From Eledone cirrhosa (lineage: Eukaryota): 64,000 nt of DNA. Positions 48,796 through 63,663 of this stretch are shown here, one piece after another. A program made the position numbers and the translations under genes. A model generated the notes under the pieces. That model made no database searches. It was not told the DNA's origin and worked only from the letters and a program-made list of their open reading frames with translations. The number at the start of each line of letters is the position of its first letter. The first letter of the stretch is position 1. The stretch spans positions 14,694,001 through 14,758,000 of the forward strand of contig OZ024743.1 in assembly GCA_964016885.1 (NCBI GenBank), given 5' to 3'.

Positions 48796-49696
48796 TATAG
48801 CTAATCAAAGGTTTCCAGATATAACTTTTCAAACTACTAAGCTCATCCCCCTTTAGCTTATTTCTTGTAGATTATTTCTTGCAGATTATTGTAGATTATT
48901 TCAAGCTTATTTCTTGTAGATTTCTTGCAGAGAAGGTGGGGTAAATAGAGAAGAATATAAAAAGAAATATGATGGAGGAATCAACACCAATACTGAATCG
49001 TTTGTTTCTGTCCACCACGAAACGATGTAAGGCATATTTTACCTCTACAGGATTTAAACTCAGATATCAGAGACCTCGAGTATCGCAAATTATTCTGTCT
49101 AACGTTCTACCGGTTCTGAAAATTCGGCGTATATCAAGTAGTGGGTCAAATGAGGCAATTCAACTTACATGTAGAATAAAGTAGGAATCGTTCACCATCC
49201 ACTTCCAAACAATGCAACTGCTATGATTGTTTGTAGGCAATTAACCGGGTGAATTCCCCTTACGGTGTTTTAATCCCCATGTGGCATTTAAAAGCAGAAC
49301 ACAATTATACCGTAAGGCATCACGCCACCCTATACTATTAATTCAACTACGAAATGATGAAATGTTAAGATGATCATGGTGGGATTCGAATTGAGAGTAT
49401 AGAATGCCGGTACAAGTTGTAGAATATATTGTATCTAACACTCTTATGACTGCCATTTCGCCGTATTATACGAATTAATTTTAACGTAAAAAAAGTAGTA
49501 AGAAATTGATATATGTATCTCATTTTCTGTATCTTATCTCAGAATTGTGACGAGGGAAATTTTCCTGTTTTTTTTTCTATCCGATTAAATACGTGTTATC
49601 GCGCAAAGGATGTGGCCTTTGTTAAGAAACAAATCTAATCATTATATGTTTCATCAGGTAAAATCACTTTCATATTCAAACACGCTCCTCCTTTCA

Positions 49697-49808
49697 TTCT
49701 TCTTCGTCGTCGTCGTCGTCGTCGTCTTCTTCTTCTTCTTCTTCTTCTTCTTCTTCTTCTTCTTCTTCTTCTTCTTCTTCTTCTTCTTCTTCTTCTTCTT
49801 CTTCTTCT

Positions 49809-49843
<35 letters not shown>

Positions 49844-49850
49844 TTCTTCC
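49697..49850 (+). repeat. (CGT)n/(CTT)n microsatellite
   Basis: Directly visible. Confidence 0.95.
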
Positions 49851-50419
49851 ATGGCTGTATACTTCCCTTCATCAACACAGCATTCATTAAGATGAACAGA
49901 CAATGACAATAAACAATGGATTTTCTTTGCATTCAGTATTTCACTGAAACTGATGTATGCGATCAAACATAACGCACCTAAATAAACCTTGGTTAAAAAT
50001 ATCACATAAATATACATTATAAAGTTATTGATGCGATTTCATTTACAGCTTAGGGGGATTTTATTTTAGATACAAATCATGATATTTTTTCAATGAAATT
50101 ACACTATATCACAGGAAAATTGTTTTCAGATACTTTTTTCTCAACCAAAGAAAATATAAATATATGTTTTATTGTATGGGTGAATATATAGAACCAAATT
50201 ATATGTGGAGAAAATACGATAGGTTTTCCAAGTTAAATAAAGTAATAAAAAATTAATATATTCGATTTTATTTATTTCCGTTTATTTTAATCTGAATATA
50301 TCCCCTGGAGATAGTTTCTAATGAATTACTTCATAACTACCCTGTTCAATTATTTACATTCTCGAATAGAATTCCTATTTCATCCTATATATTTTATTAA
50401 TTTCGAGTAAATGTGGAAA

Positions 50420-51923
50420 TAATTTTCCTTTATGGGAGAAAAAGATCCCCCGTATCTAATCAAGAAAGAAGAGCAAGAAAAATTAATATACAAATACTCC
50501 AAGAAAATATTCAAAACAGAAAATAAAATTATCACACCATATATTTCAACGTTTATCCAAAAGAACATATAAAGCTGCAAACACATACAAGTAAAGTTAA
50601 TTATCTTACTAAGGGAGAAGAAAATGAAAAATAAAATATTACAAAATACCCAATCATAAAAAAGTAAACTATAGTATAAATAACTACTAAATGCAAAGCG
50701 ACAAACCGACATTAAAGAGGTGGAAGTGAAAAATACAACCGATATGAATGCGGGATATGCGACCTCGTACTAGAAGGCCACGAATTCTACTTCAAAGAAG
50801 GTTCTATTGTCAATTCAGAAAAAAAAAAATTATAACGGATAGTACTGAACACTTCATAGGCCAAACAGAAATATTTTCCCTATATATTACTATTTATATA
50901 GAAATCCCTATACTTCTGCCAAAATAGAAACAATTATATATATATATATATATATATATAACGAAAGAAATGTGGTAAGGAACCAGATAGACAATAACGC
51001 ACCAAAGTACTCAATACTTAGGGTAGTAGAGTGGGTAATAGGAACAAGTATGACCCCGACGGCAGAGCTCAAGCCGTTTCAACGGCTAATTCAGGACTAA
51101 ATAAGAACCTTTAGCCTGGTAAATAAATAGCCGAACTTCTCAGGGGGTAATTCCATATATGGGAAAATTTGGTCAAAAATTTGTGTAAAGACAGTTGATT
51201 CTATCATGGCATTTAGTGGAAGGTAGTAGTGGAAAGGGTAGCTGAACTTGCCGGTAGAACAAAGAGGGAGTGGTAGAAGCCCAGTCAAGCGTTGAAAGTG
51301 AAATCTATACAGCAGATTCTAAGGATAGTGTATAGAAGGTCGAACAAAGTGTACTGGAGAAGGGGGGGAGGTGAAACGAGTAAACAAAGGAGCCATTATA
51401 AAGATGAGGAGTTAAATATATAAAAAAAAACAAATATATAAACAAACAGCAATTTCTGGTTACTATTCCATCCCCACAATCACCAAATCTCTCATTGGTA
51501 TTGTTAAGCTATAGAAAAGTTTAATAGGTGGAGAAAAATGCTAAATCATTTTCAACGTTTATTATCTTACTAAGGGAGAAGAAAATGAAAAAAAAAAATA
51601 TTACAAAATACCCAATAAAAAAAAGGAAAACTATAGTATAAATAACTATCAAATGCAAAGTGACAAACCGAAATTAAAGAGCTGGAAGTGAAAAATACAA
51701 CCGATATGAATGCGGGATATGCGACCTCCCCTACCCTACCTTCCAATAAATGCCATGATAGAATCAACTGTCTTTACAACAAATTTTTGACCAATATCTT
51801 GACAATTACTATCTTCCCATATATGGAATTACCCCCTGAGAAGTTCGGCTATTTATTTACCAGGCTAAAAATTCTTATTTAGTCCAGAATTAGCCGTCGA
51901 AACTAAATAAAAATGTTTAGCCT

Positions 51924-51926
<3 letters not shown>
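50420..51926. mobile_element. Rearranged PLE remnant carrying the full F1 terminal repeat
   Basis: Plus-strand YECGICDLVLEGHEFYFKEG and FIGQT parallel NCGICINLIEGSELYFKDG and YIGQT at 33 kb. About 50600-50767 is repeated at about 51560-51728 and then runs into the F1 sense strand. Confidence 0.72.
51053..51148 (-). ncRNA. Complete F1 hammerhead (CUGAGA core, long stem II); 5' part repeated at 51831-51903 (+)
   Basis: ACCCC CUGAGA A GUUCGGCUA..UAGCCGUU GAAA CGGC-UUGAGCUCU-GCCG UC GGGGU. Confidence 0.7.
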
Positions 51927-51990
<64 letters not shown>

Positions 51991-51994
51991 ATAT

Positions 51995-52867
51995 GTATGA
52001 ATGAAGTATTTCCGTCAGAAAGTACAGGAAAAAAGATTGCTCTATGTAGTCTACAGAGCTTATTAGTTATGTAATAAACAACATAAGATAATTATTTCAT
52101 TTACCAGTGGTCATCAGAATGAATGAAAAGCATGGTGTATTTATTAAATATAGATTTGAAAACAAAATTCAGGAAATATGAAAGTGAGGCTGAAAAAAAC
52201 GGGGGAAAAAAATATATATATATAAAATATAAATATCCAGAACGTAAAAATACACACTCAACTACGCGCATATACTAAAGAGTATGTAGACGGATACTTT
52301 CTCACATAAGCGTATTTGCGTCTACATAGAATAAAACGGAGAGGAACATAAGCACATACATATACACTGATATATACATAAATATATACACAGATATATA
52401 TTATATACATATATTCTTTTTTGTATTTTTTGTTCTTATTTATTTATTTAGTTATTCCTGTTTCCTAACTACTGTCCATATTTGTGTGTACATTTTTGAG
52501 TGCATATAAATCTGTGTATATGTATGTGTATTTACTTATGTTCCTTTTTTTTTCTATGTAGACGCAAATACGCTTATGTGAGAAAGTATCTGTCTACTTA
52601 CTTTTTAGTATATGCGCGTAGTTGAGTGTGTATGTTTACATTCTGGATATTTATATTTATATATATATATTTTGTATTTTTTTCCTCTTTTTCCTTTTCG
52701 CCCGTTTTTTTCAGACTCACTTTAATATTTCCTAAATTTTGTTTTCAAATACATATTTAATAAATACACCATGTTTTCTATTCATTCTGACGATTGAAGA
52801 CAGACACAACATCTGTCTTCAAGAAACCACTGGTAAATGAAATAATTATCTTATGTTATTTATTACA

Positions 52868-52872
<5 letters not shown>
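51995..52872. mobile_element. Palindromic F4 element; intact HHR at 52781-52841 (+), stem-II-deleted mirror at 52096-52123 (-)
   Basis: UUCAUU CUGACGA UUGAAGACAGA-cacaaca-UCUGUCUUCAA GAAA CCACUGG UA AAUGAA. Confidence 0.88.
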
Positions 52873-52899
<27 letters not shown>

Positions 52900-52905
<6 letters not shown>

Positions 52906-53468
52906 TGTATGTATACTATATTTGGCGATATAATGTATGTTTAATTAAAAACATTTTGAAGACCTTACGCTATTATTTTAAAGTAGTGACTATGTCACTT
53001 CTTTTTTCAACAAGGAAAGGGAGATAAGCTGACAGACTGTTTCACACTGTTGGTGTTCATCAGAGCTTAGCACTCGTAAACAAACAGTATTTCGCCAGAT
53101 ATACTATACATACATTCATGTATACAATGCTATTTCAGAACAAGAATCCTAAATTTGAATTTGTGCTGGACCGGCAATCGTTCTGTATAATGAGTTCCTG
53201 ATTATTACTGGAATTCTATAATAATCCAGTCTCTATAATTTTCAACAAAGGTCGTCATGTGCAAGGCTCAGATGAACACCTACAGTGTGAAACAGATCTG
53301 TGAGCTTAACTCCCTTCCATCGTTGAAAAAAGAAGTAAGTGACATAGACACTACTTTAAGATAATAGCGCAAGGTTTACAAAATGTTTTTAATTAAACAT
53401 ACAGTATATCGCCAGATATACTATACATACATTCATGTATACATCGGTATTTCAGAGCACCAACCCCA

Positions 53469-53525
<57 letters not shown>

Positions 53526-53590
53526 GGTTGGTGCTCTGAAATAGCGATGTATACATGAATGTATGTATAGTATATCTGGCGATACATATC
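52900..53590. mobile_element. F8-related multi-inverted element; HHR at 53025-53069 (-), degenerate mirror at 53264-53307 (+)
   Basis: UAAGCU CUGAUGA ACAC-caaca-GUGU GAAA CAGUCUG UC AGCUUA. Flanks resemble F8 (AGTAGTGAC..TCACTT, TTTTAATTAA). Confidence 0.82.
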
Positions 53591-53594
53591 TGGT

Positions 53595-53656
<62 letters not shown>

Positions 53657-53885
53657 TATACATTTATATACATATATATGTGTAAATATATATATATACA
53701 TATATATATGTATACATATGTATATATATATATATGTATATATATGTATATATATACAGTATATATATATATATATACATTATATATATATATATATAAA
53801 TATATATACATAGATATATATACAGTATATATATATATACAATATATATATATATAAATAGATATACATATATATATATATACAT

Positions 53886-53935
<50 letters not shown>

Positions 53936-53992
53936 ATATATATATATATATATACACCATATAAATATATATATATATATATATAAAATACA

Positions 53993-54570
53993 CCATGTCC
54001 TTAGAATTATTAGACAAAATATATAGCATTTCCTCTCCCAATTAGCATAATTAACCATATAAAAAATCAATTAGACCAGGCTATAAGAATGAAGGCTCCT
54101 ATGAAGAAAATTTCGACAAATAACCGCAAGCGGCCTCTTCGCAGTGACCGGCCTCTTCGCAGTGACCCCAATGAAGAATTTATCCAACATTTCAACAGCA
54201 TGTAGAAACTGACTCAATATACCGTCAACCATACACAATTAGGTCTAAATTTAAACTTAGAAGAAACGTGTACATACCGTAATTATATCTCTACCATGGT
54301 TTCGTCCGTATTTTAAGAGATCCTATTGTTAAGATATATCCAGAGTAACAGACTCATCGGGAGAAAACTCAAGATTGGACAGTTAATTTTCCAAAGCGAT
54401 CGCGCCAAAAATACATAAAAAAATGGCTAAGAATCGTGACGTGGCAGTGGTTAAGTTAGAAAGAATGTGGGTAGGCCTGTTGCTAGAAAGCGCAGCCCAA
54501 TTTTATGATTAATTATGGTAATTGGGAGAGGAAATGGTATATATTTTATCTAATAATTCTAAGGACATGA
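53993..54570. repeat. Element with about 65-bp inverted termini
   Basis: CATGTCCTTAGAATTATTAGA..CTCCCAATTAGCATAATTAA is inverted at about 54505-54569; interior not identified. Confidence 0.6.
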
Positions 54571-54652
54571 TTTATGATACATTTGCTCTGTTTATTTAAT
54601 TTATTAATTCTTCATTGAGCCACAACGTGACCGGTTGCCACATATATATCTA

Positions 54653-54967
<315 letters not shown>

Positions 54968-54992
54968 ATATATATACACACATATATATATG

Positions 54993-55050
<58 letters not shown>

Positions 55051-55230
55051 AAAAAGTATGACCCCGACGGCAGAGCTCAAGCGTTTCGACGACTAGTCCA
55101 GAAATAACCGTCTAAACGGGTTGAGCTCTGCCGTCGGGTCATGCTTTTTCCCATTACTCACTCTAATACCCTAAGCATTGAGTACTCTCGTGCGTTATGG
55201 ACCATCTGGTTCCTTACCACAAATCCTTCG

Positions 55231-55297
<67 letters not shown>

Positions 55298-56277
55298 TAC
55301 TCAAGTTTGTGTACGGATGTGTATGCATCTGTCAGTAAATATTTAACATATTTAACAAGACAGTAACTAACCTTGACGGCTATGCATTGTAATAAAACAA
55401 AATGGTTCAAGCATAAATGCCTGATATTATATAGTGATTTTATCATTTGAACGGTTATTGCTAGAGTAATTGCTATTAAAGAAGAATGAATGCTGTCATG
55501 AAATTGATTTATCGTAAAATATATATTGAAAAACTTTGAAGTATAAGAAGGAAATTACACTTTACTATCGAAATATATTTAATATGTATGATGGGTTACA
55601 ATTTTAATGGAAATGGGTCCAAATTAGAAAGCTATTTTGGATCTAATCATTACCGAGGCGGACCTATTAATACCGCATTCTGTTACAAAATATTTTTGAT
55701 AAAATATTGTTGAAAATTATTCCAAGGAAACAACGCAGCTGGTACAGATGATACACAGATAATATACAGAAGACACACAGCTGGTACACATGAGGTTAAT
55801 ATTTACTGGATTTATATGCGATGCTACATTATATGCTATTTGCCAAACTACCATGTAAACGGTATCGAACCAATTTCTGAAAGAGAAGTTTATTACAATA
55901 TTAGTTCCTAATAACTAAAGAAAAAAAGAGACTATGTTGTATATCGACCCACTGATGATGCAACGATTTCTATCAACAAACACATTTTTATTCAGTTCTA
56001 CTCATAAATTAAGAAGAGTTCTACATATATGAAAATAGCCCAATATGTTTTCTTGGCTCTATACAAAAAGCGTATGCATATTTAAATGTATATTTGATAT
56101 CGGTATACACATAACCACGTTTATATATACATAATTAAACAAATGTACAACCCACACATACACATGTATGTGTGGGCGAATATACGTGCACAATAGCATT
56201 GGTGTATAGATTCCACTTGCTGGATAACATATAGACTTGCTATATATATGTATATATATGTTTGTATGTATATATAT

Positions 56278-56349
<72 letters not shown>

Positions 56350-56355
<6 letters not shown>

Positions 56356-56727
56356 GTTTGTATATGTATAATAAAGCCAAAACAATGCAGGTATGGACAT
56401 AGAATAAAGAATGCAAATGCAAAAGATATTGTTGACAATTAGTTTTTACCTTAGATTTATTTAAATGTCCTTAACTTTCGAGATAATATCTCTTCTTCGG
56501 AGGGCTGTAAAGCGGTTAAACCATTGTTCTAAATAGCTTGCCAAGTCAGAAACTGGTTTAACCGCTTTACTTCCCTCCGAAGAAGAGATATTATCTCAAA
56601 AATTAAGGGCATTTAAATAAATCTAAGTTAAAAACTAATTGTCAACAATATCTTTTGCATTTGCATTCTTTATTCTATGTCCATACCTGCATTGTTTTGA
56701 CTTTATTATACATATACAAACGTTTAT
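56350..56727. mobile_element. Palindromic element F10 with a candidate minimal HHR (56468-56504, minus; mutated mirror about 56573-56609)
   Basis: Arms about 56350-56522 and 56555-56727. CCU CCGAAGA A GAGAU-auu-AUCUC GAAA GU UA AGG, with helix III essentially absent. Confidence 0.65.
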
Positions 56728-57094
56728 ACCTCATTACATAATGCTTCAAGTGAACTATAAGTTCCTTCATATATATCTATATATGTGTGTATATATTATA
56801 AGACCAGATTAACATTTAATCTGTTCTTATAATAAATATTTGCTCTACAGGGTTTACATATATATTATATATATAATCCTTTTCGATCCCTCTTCGGAGA
56901 TTTTTTCACATTTATTTTTACTATATATATATATATATATGTATATATAGATGTAATATATGTGTATATATATACACATATATATATATGTGCATATGTA
57001 TACATAAGATGACAAAGGTAAAGGTGTACAATCCATGTGTGCTCTCTTCTCTTCTTTATGCATGCAAAACGTGAGTTACATATCGACACGGCCA

Positions 57095-57921
57095 TAAAGA
57101 TTTGGAACGTTTCCATCACATGTATTTCAGATGGATCCATGGCGTTCAAAGAGGGACCACATCAGTGATGTCACTATTTTGGAAGTTCCTCTGTGTGTAA
57201 GCATAGAAACTCTTGTGCTTAAGCAAAGCCACCGATGGAGCGGTCACCTTGTCAGGATATGGTGTTAGGGATTACAAAGCAACTCTTTTATGGAAAGTTA
57301 GTTAAAGGAAACGCCCTCCTCGTACACCCAAAAGAGGTATAAGGATTCGCTGAAACGCTCCTTCAAAGACGCTAACATCTCTGCTGATACATGTGAAAGC
57401 ATAGCTGCTGATCGTGATAAATGGAGAAAGACGGTACATGAAGGGAAAGTTAATTTTGAAGCATCTCCAATCCCATACGAGTAAGTAAAAAGGGATTTCA
57501 TGAAAGGCATTGCCGCTGCCTTTCCAGACTGCAAAGGTCTTCATATGGAGCTGACATGCAGAGTCTGTGCAAGACTCTTCCACAGCAAAGCTCGACTCAA
57601 AGGTTATCTTCGCAGTCATAAAGTGAGACCAGTGGTTGATTACTAGGCTGCTGTCAAATATGCTCCTCATCATAAGTGCAAAGCATGTGGAAACAAGTAT
57701 AGATCAGTAGGAGGGCACAAACGACAGGCAAGAGCTCTTGAAATCTAACCACAGCCGGCTATTGACAGGGAATGTATTTTTTATCATGGTTGCCAACACT
57801 GTGTAAGACATTTTACATCATTGGATAAAAAGCCACATTCAATCGCAGCACCGTTAATCATTAATATATATGTTCATTTTTTATCGTGTAATGGCCATAC
57901 TCGATAACGAGGGGGCAACCA

Positions 57922-57925
<4 letters not shown>
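57095..57925 (+). mobile_element. 3' fragment of an RTE/BovB-like LINE with C-terminal C2H2-like fingers
   Basis: Frame-broken LERFH, RWSGHLVR, KQLFYGKL, KRYKDSLKRSFK, AADRDKWRKTVHEG, CRVCARLFHSKARL; ends at a (CA)/(TA) tract. Confidence 0.75.
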
Positions 57926-57974
<49 letters not shown>

Positions 57975-58696
57975 CATACATACATAATTCTATGATGTTT
58001 GCCATATTAACATAGACGGATTAGTCAATAGTCGAATGCAGTTGGTATTGAGCCATATTTCTGTTTGTGTTGTGTTGTTCAGTCCCCGTAATTTTGGTTT
58101 TTCCCCTTATATCAAACATTTTTCATAATTTTTCATAATTATTCTTCAAGATAATTTCAGAACTTTCATGTTGATTGTCTAGTAAAATGTAATAATAAAG
58201 CATTTTTTTCGCCTACTAATCATGTCTTTAAACGTTTCCTATATAAAGCCAGTTGTGAAATAAACGCACTACCCACTCTAATATTGCAACATACAGAAAA
58301 CAGCACTGCACGTATACTATGTAACATACAAAAGAAATATTAAAGCTAAATATGAGAAAACAATAAATATAACAAAAACCGTAGATGTTTAATTTGTCCC
58401 CATGTAGGCCCTATGAGAAAGGACTATAGGTAAAATCACGACAGTTATTTTATTTTGTGTAGAAAACCTAGAATCATAGTATGTAATGTATCCATTCCGT
58501 GCCTATATGTTGAGTTATGCGGTACCACATAAGATTCTATATTTACGTATACACGAACACATGTGTGTGTTCTTTTTTCTTCTTAATTTTTAGTGCCACG
58601 TAACCTCCGATTTAGTAGATACATAATTAATATTACACAAGCCATGGAAATGCTGTTATATTCTCGTATGTAGATACATCATGATGTGTGTATGTA

Positions 58697-59580
58697 CGAG
58701 GTGTGTCAGAAAAGTTCCAGGACTGATGTCACACAATATTTATTTCAAACCCAAACTTCACACTACGAGTTTTCTCCTTCAAAGTAATCCCCCTGGAGTA
58801 TCTAACTGTAATCTTAGCTCTCTGCAGCGATCAAAGATTTTTCTTCATAATTGTTTATACATGTCCTCTGTTTCAGATCGTCAAGCAATGAGCACAGACC
58901 AACGAACAGACTTGAAGTTTCTGGTACGGTTGGGAAAAACACCGTCAGAAACACTGGGATTGCTGCAGCAAGTGTATGGAGGTGAGACGATGTCAGGCTC
59001 ACTTGTTTTTGAGTGGTGCAAGAAGACCCAAAGAGCGGAAGGCCCTCAACAAACACGACTGAGGTCACCGTTGAGCGCGTCAGGCAGATGACGCGTAGCG
59101 ATCGTCGGCTGACTGGTCGACTGATGGCAAGTGAGCTGGGCATGAATCGGGACAGCGACTGGAAGATTCTCACTGAAGATTTGGACATGCGGAAAGTCTG
59201 CGCGAAGATGGTGCCAAACTGCTGAACGATGACTGGAAGGGTCGACGCATGCAAGTGTACCAGGACATCCTCGAGCGTCTTAAAACCGAACCAGACTTGC
59301 TAGGGACAGTCATCACCGGTGATGGTGTTGGATCTTCGAGTACGACCCGGATGAGACCCGTTTTGAAGACGTGGACGACATCAAAAAGGCCGTGACGACG
59401 AAACTACGGAGGATCCCGGAAGAATGCTTCCAGGAGTGCATACAAGCATGGCAGAAAAGGACGGAAAAGTGCATTAGACTCCAGGGGGATTTCTTTGAAG
59501 GAGAACACTCTCAGTGCGAAGTTTGGGTTTAAAATAAATCTTTTGGGACATAAGTCCTCGAACTTTTCTGACACACCTCG
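58697..59580 (+). mobile_element. Internally deleted mariner, same family as the 48 kb copy
   Basis: TA-CGAGGTGTGTCAGAAAAGTT ... AACTTTTCTGACACACCTCG-TA; HTH region; VITGD..WIFEYDP joined directly to TRFEDVDDIKKAV. Confidence 0.92.
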
Positions 59581-59669
59581 TATATGCATAATAATGGGGC
59601 GATATATGTAACTACACGGACACAAAAATGGACGCACAATTAAACGCACACACACAAACACATGCCTCC

Positions 59670-59713
<44 letters not shown>

Positions 59714-59822
59714 GCGGTGTTTACGTGCCTGTGTGTGGATGAGTGTGTGTGCGTGTGTATGCGCGTGTATGGGTACTATTGTATGTGTGCGAGTATGTAT
59801 GCACACATATATCTGATTCTGC

Positions 59823-59864
<42 letters not shown>

Positions 59865-60232
59865 TAGAATTGGTGCTCTGAAATAGCTATATATATATAT
59901 GAATGTATATATAGTGTATTTTGCAATACACTGTATGCTTAATTAAAAGCATTTCGAAGACCTCCCCTGTTTGCTGAAAATTAAAGTAAGTGAGTCTGTC
60001 ACTACTTTAAAACAATAGCAGAAGGTCTTCGAAATGCTTTTTAATTAAGTATACAGTGTATTGCAAAATATACTATATATACATTCATATATATATAGCT
60101 ATTTCAGAGCACCAATTCTAATTTTCAATTTCTGCTTAACCGGCAACCGCTCTGTATAATCAGTTCCTGATTATTTACTAGAATTCTATAAGAACCAAAC
60201 ATCCATGATTTCAGCAAACAGGAGGAGTAGTT

Positions 60233-60277
60233 GGCTTTGATAAGCATCAATAAATGCGAAACAAGGCCTTGTCAGCT
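60233..60277 (+). ncRNA. Type I hammerhead, U3-A8 variant (F8)
   Basis: GGCU UUGAUAA GCAU-caauaa-AUGC GAAA CAAGGCCUUG UC AGCU. Stem I extends through an internal loop (60209-60299). Confidence 0.8.
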
Positions 60278-60448
60278 TTATCTCCTCTGTTTGCTGAAAA
60301 TTAAAGTAAGTGAGTCTGTCACTACTCTAAAACAATAGCATAAGGTCTTCGAAATGCTTTTAATTAAGCATACAGTGTATTGCAAAATACACTATATATA
60401 TATATCAAAATGAAAATCCGAAGGCAAGGAACAATTCCAATCACTTAA

Positions 60449-60522
60449 TCACGACACATGTTTCAATAAGAGATGGATCGATTGTGAAGCCATGATCGAT
60501 TATCACTGATCTCATCAGGTGA
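60449..60522 (-). ncRNA. Type I hammerhead (family F11; same element has a palindrome at about 60785-61060)
   Basis: UCAC CUGAUGA [imperfect long stem II with AUCGAU/AUCGAU] GAAA CAUGUG UC GUGA. Confidence 0.62.
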
Positions 60523-61124
60523 AAATGAATTGTCTTCTAATTCTTGATATGAGGGAGAAGAAATAACGATGTTCTCTCACAGAATTAATTCCCTCATATG
60601 GAGACACACCAGTCAGAAACACGGCGACAGTTATTAGCTTCAGTTGAGGTCATACATTTTTCACATTTCTATCGCTGCAAAAGACGCTGGACATCAATCA
60701 AATCTGTAAGGATACAGTCACAGTTGAAGTGAGTGGGTACATATACATTCCATACCCACATACACGGGCTCGAGGTCAAAGAAAAATATATACATATATA
60801 TACACACATCGACACAGTATTAAACCTGTACAGTTAGTGTGGGTGGGTATACACACATTTTCACACACACCGAAGCGATGTCCGAGAAAAAACGAATAAA
60901 AGAAAACAAATATAATATATATATTTGTTTTATTATATTTGTTTTCTTATATTTCTTTTTTTCTCGGACATCGCTTCGGTGTGTGTGAAAGTGTGTGTGT
61001 ATCCTCCCACACTAACTCTACAGGTTTAATACTGTGTTGATGCGTATATATATATATGTATATATTAAATCAGTTATAAACATTTATATTTGTCCGACTT
61101 CCAACAAATTAAATACCCCTTCTA

Positions 61125-61209
<85 letters not shown>

Positions 61210-61508
61210 TACAGTGCTAGTGAATTAAATATAATATGGAGAATCACTAAAAATATTATGTAGCTGTATATGCATGTGTGTGTTTGACTACAATCTAATA
61301 GTGAGTGAATCAGTGGAAATCGTCAGAGTCATTAGGAATTTTTAGATTTCATATGAATATAAACATTAAACACACAGTTTCGCAATATATACGTAATGGA
61401 TATTAACAGCTATGTGTAAATGCTGAGTGCAATCTGAGGGTCTGCCAATAGTGGTGGACAAAAGAGTCAGATGGAGAAGGAGGGTCCAATAAATCCGTCA
61501 AGATGATG

Positions 61509-61563
<55 letters not shown>

Positions 61564-61609
61564 TCAGTGTGAGACAGAGTGTGTGCTTGGGTGCATATAT
61601 GTATATATG

Positions 61610-61695
<86 letters not shown>

Positions 61696-62005
61696 CATAT
61701 ACGCACACATACACGCGCAAACATACACACACAGACACGCAAACACACACATACACACACATATATATATAATAAATGCATATATGTATGAATACATCTA
61801 TCATTGAATTTAAGAGTAAAAGAGTAAAAGAAAAACTATCGTCAATAAATTCGAGATGGTGAATTGAAAGGATTTAAATTCACATTGTAGTTGGGTTTCG
61901 ATTTACTTACTTTTCATAAATGTTAACAACTATTATGTGTACATTCAAATCCTATACTTCCAATAAATTATTGTAACATTAAGTATATATATATATATAT
62001 ATACG

Positions 62006-62080
<75 letters not shown>

Positions 62081-62081
62081 G

Positions 62082-62113
<32 letters not shown>

Positions 62114-62181
62114 CGTAGTAGGAACCAGTAAGACCCCGACAGCTGAGCTCAAGCCGTTTCGACGGCTAATTCTGGACGCGA

Positions 62182-62413
62182 GTCGATAAAATAAAGTACC
62201 AGTAATGCACTGGTTTATTGCTGGCCTTGTGTCAAAAGTAGAAACAATTATTTCATAATGCTTCTAACATAGTACTTCTCTATGCAATATTGGCAGAATA
62301 TGAAACATAAGTGTTTTACCAATATTGCTTTCACCATCAATCTCAAAATACACAATCTTTCAATCATCTTCGCAATCCTCATTTCCAACACACAGTTTAT
62401 GTATTATTATGGA
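62182..62413. repeat. 232-bp inverted duplicate of 63502-63733
   Basis: Apparently exact reverse complement, including the SINE 3' end and the unique flank. Confidence 0.9.
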
Positions 62414-62599
62414 GTGAGACGTGAGTCCAGAATTAGCCGTCGAAACGGCTTGAGCTCAGCTGTCGGGGTCTTACTGGTTCCTATTACCCACTCTACTACC
62501 TCAAGTATTGAGTACTTTGGTGCGTTATGGTCCACCTGGTTCCTTACCACATTTCCTTCGTTATATATATACGTATGTATATATATATATATATATATG

Positions 62600-62653
<54 letters not shown>

Positions 62654-63663
62654 CATATATATATATATAAATAGAGAGAGACAGAGGGGGAAGAGGCCGG
62701 AGTGCTCTGACTGTATATGTTTGACAATGTATGTATGCCTTCGAGCTTTTTAAGTCTTTGCATAATAATCAGTTGAGATTATTGGATAGAGAATCCCTGT
62801 GAAACAGTCAGATGTCTCTTTTAGATGCAGTCTAGAAACTGTTTAAGCAGCAGTCTAGAAACTGTTTAAGCAGCAGTTTCCTCGTAGATCTTCGATCCGT
62901 ATGACATTGTGCAGTCCAACGATCTTTTAGAAATTTCTGACATTTTGAGAGCTGAACATGTTTCTATCTGAAAAGGAGAAACCTATGCAGCTTTTTCTAT
63001 ATTGTGGTTGTGGGTATATGAGAGAAAACGATCACCTCTTACGTTAGGTAACATTAACGAGCCTTACAGGAATTTAATTGCACCATAGGATGGTTGAATA
63101 TAATATTGTTTTCATGGTTCTATATTTTGGCCATATATTTGTATTATTAATCACAATTAAATGCATACAATTAATTTGTATAAGCATTCGGATCATACCT
63201 TCTTAAAGCAATATTTCCTTCTTAAAGGAATATTTTCCGCCGAAAAGTTCCAATAAAATTGCCATATGTCAGTTGCTTTGAAGTCAAGACACATTTGTAT
63301 TTGCTTTCCAAACATGTAACAATGCTGAATTAATTGATGTTATTTTTCTCTTTATAATGTTTATGAAGTTATTTCTTCTAATTATATGTAAAATATCAGT
63401 TAATCAAAATTCCTCAAATACTTATATTGTGCATGGGAATCTGTACTATGTGAACATTTTCTATGGGGAACTGTTCATGTTCTATATTGATGGCTATTAT
63501 ATCCATAATAATACATAAACTGTGTGTTGGAAATGAGGATTGCGAAGATGATTGAAAGATTGTGTATTTTGAGATTGATGGTGAAAGCAATATTGGTAAA
63601 ACACTTATGTTTCATATTCTGCCAATATTGCATAGAGAAGTACTATGTTAGAAGCATTATGAA

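Noticed and set aside
49610-50017. Poly-E, poly-K and poly-F ORFs
   Set aside because: Product of the (CTT)n microsatellite.
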